A stretch of 64,000 nt of DNA from Mobula hypostoma (taxonomy: Eukaryota), in contig NC_086097.1 in assembly GCF_963921235.1 (NCBI RefSeq), positions 205,594,001-205,658,000 of the forward strand. Reading direction: 5' to 3'. Below, one piece after another: positions 61,601 through 64,000 of this stretch. How positions within the stretch are numbered: the stretch's first letter is position 1; each line of letters begins with the position of its first letter. A program made the translations under genes and the position numbers. The notes beneath the pieces are model-generated. The model saw only the letters and a program-made list of their open reading frames with translations. It was not told where the DNA came from and did no database searches.

Positions 61601-63029
61601 AGCACTCAGATATATTGCTGGTCTTTTATCATCACTAGACCCAAGCGCTGGTGTTGCCAAAGCAAAGTACTATGGGAGTACCTTCATCATAACAGTTGCA
61701 ACAATTCAAGAAATCTGCATAGCATCACTTTTGTAATGGATTTTAGGAATGAACAAGTGCTGGCATGACAGCCGGATCCTAGAACTGAACATTAATAAAA
61801 TAAAGGCTGAGACTACAAATTCTGCAATGTGGAGTCAGATGTAGTCCAATGGAAATATACAGTATACTATTTTGTTAGAATGGAGAGATTAGAACTCAAG
61901 GGCATGTTATCAGTATCAGGAGTCTGATATGTTGGACTGCAATGAGAAACAATTTCATTTCTCCAAAGATTCTGAATCTTTGGAATTCTGTATCTCAGAA
62001 GTCTATGAATGCTTAGTTATTTGGCATTCAAGGGTGAGACTGATGGATATTTCAAGCATTAAAACAACGTTAGCATTTCCTTAATGTTTCAAAGCAGACT
62101 TCTAAAATAAAAACTTGAAGGCCCTCACGAAAAGCATTCCTTTCTCCTGATCCCTTCCCTTCTCCCAATATGTCTGGTCACCACCCACCAGCCTCTCAAA
62201 CTCCACATAGTCTCTCTACTCTTTGACCTGCAGGGAAAAGTTCTATTAGTCTATCATGCAAAGTTCAACTATTGTTCATTAAGTCCAAGACTTTCATTTG
62301 CTATTCTAACTCCATAGTCCCTGAAGGATTTCTAGCTCATTTTTCAAAATTGTTGCAATTAGCCTATGTCAATCAGATGCCAATGATATGTTCACAAATT
62401 CACTGATGTTACAAGATGCAAATGATATAAGACATTATTTTCTCATTCAGTATTTGCTTAGTTTCTAAGCCCCCTCAATCAAGGTTAAAAACTAAAGTCA
62501 CAAATGAAACTCTTGACACACGTTTAATTCTTTTTCCATTGAATTGGGAAGATTCAGACCTGAATATGCATTTAAGATTTCAGTACAGATCGCAAACAGA
62601 AAAGATCTTTCCTCATTGACTAATTTGGGCTGAAAATTCCCTATCTTTTCTTTTGATTCAGATGAAAATTACTGGTGAACTACTCCTTGCAATTCAGCAC
62701 CATGCTGACTATTCCCTTCTGAGCACAAAAGATCCTTTCTACTTTTTTAATGTTAATATCATTTTGATATATACTACAATAAGAAAGGAGTCAATCCTTT
62801 TCCTAAACATGATATTTTAATTCATATATACAACTTCAAAAGCGATCTTCGAAAGTGATTCAAGTTCAAATTTATTATCATTCAGCCATATACACAAATA
62901 TAGCTAAATGAAACATCATCCCTCTGGGGCCAAGGTGAAATGCACAGCACATATAATTTGATCATGGTTATAAAGAATATAGCCTTCCCTCCACATAATC
63001 AGCTGTGTTCAGAATAAGACTGCACTCAC

Positions 63030-64000
63030 CTTTTGAGCTTGTCTATAACTCTTGGATTCTTGATCTCATTTTGCAAGTCCTTGAAGTTCCTTATAGTACT
63101 CATGTTACAAAAAACTCTGTAGTCAGGGTATGAAGGGATGCCGTGGTCACGGCCTCTCTGGATGTTCATCGCTGCCAGGTCCAATGCAACTGCGTGAGCC
63201 ATTGAAAAGAGCCTCTCTGTCAATTCTGAATTAAGAAGCTGCGTGGGGACTCGCATTTTCCCTGCAAAGGCAAAGAGGCCCCGGAGAAGTGGATCGATGC
63301 CCCCTTCTTGGATAATTCTGAAGGGAGAGAAGAAGGCCTTATGCAGAGGAAGGTGACCTTCAGGAATTGGCTGAAAAGAGCTGTTGAGACGTTGGAGAAT
63401 GGGATTGATCAATGTGTGGCCAAACCGAAAGGCTGCTGTGGCAAAAGCATTCAAAATTCCTCCATTTACATTTGGATTGTAGTTTGTGTATGGTCCCATC
63501 AGTTTCATTCCCACATCCCCCAGGATTTTGGGGAGCCAGTGTTTGTATGTGATATGCTGCATCTGTGCACCAACAATTTTGCGCGCTTCATGATAGATGG
63601 TGTCGCCATCCCAGTGTGGATTGAGTCTCAGTAGCTCGGCCGCAATGCGATTATGCTCACGGTACCACAAGGTATGCACGGCTGTCAGGGCAACCTGCTC
63701 ATTGGCCCGATGATCCCCAGCAAGGAAGCAGGGAATTGGGCTTTCAATTTCATCCCTCAAACATTCTACGGTTTGATCTGTGGCAAATGGTAACAGCCGT
63801 TTACCAGATCCTGGCACGATTTCACCTTCTTTTAACAGACCACGCTGGCTTGTAAGGTCTCTAAGTTCCATGGATTCATGGTCTGTGGTGCCATATACGT
63901 TAGATGCATCTATGTAGGATGTTAAATGATTAATCTGCTCTCTGGCATACACAGACTTCATCAGCAAGGAAGTCATCCCACTGCCACATACTGGACTGGA
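63030..64000 (-). CDS. PXDNL: Peroxidasin-like gene, large heme-peroxidase-domain exon (5' part lies outside the window)
   Basis: Open frame from 64000 ([37 protein letters not shown]...[12 protein letters not shown]...[11 protein letters not shown]...NIQRGRDHG...DKLK). Ends at phase-2 donor AAAAG|GTGAGT. The peroxidasin family call is firm; PXDNL versus PXDN rests on recalled human sequences. Confidence 0.93.

Noticed and set aside
63308..63634. 108-aa antisense ORF over the large exon
   Set aside because: Shadow frame of real coding sequence with no independent support.

Overview
Vertebrate genomic DNA, most likely a cartilaginous fish such as a ray (inferred from the CR1, Rex1, V-SINE and Penelope repeat mix). 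The window is the 3' part of one minus-strand peroxidasin-family gene, most like PXDNL. Four phase-compatible exons (63030..64000 partial, 42883..43017, 15320..15528, 1617..1746) are separated by introns of 20.0, 27.4 and 13.6 kb. The introns hold nested mobile elements: CR1 and Rex1 LINEs, Neptune-type Penelope-like elements (PLEs), hAT MITEs and SINEs. Most other ORFs in the track are decayed pieces of these elements or noise. The most interesting observations are: (1) minimal type I hammerhead ribozyme motifs in the PLE terminal repeats, including a young fold-back copy with an intact core sense to the host pre-mRNA and several mini-copies truncated at the same core position; (2) a ~1 kb inverted duplication of unassigned sequence with a conserved internal hairpin; (3) a 31-bp minisatellite with higher-order structure; (4) a PXDNL-like protein that keeps PXDN-type catalytic motifs; (5) a candidate poison exon. 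Family and paralog calls come from recalled motifs, not database searches.
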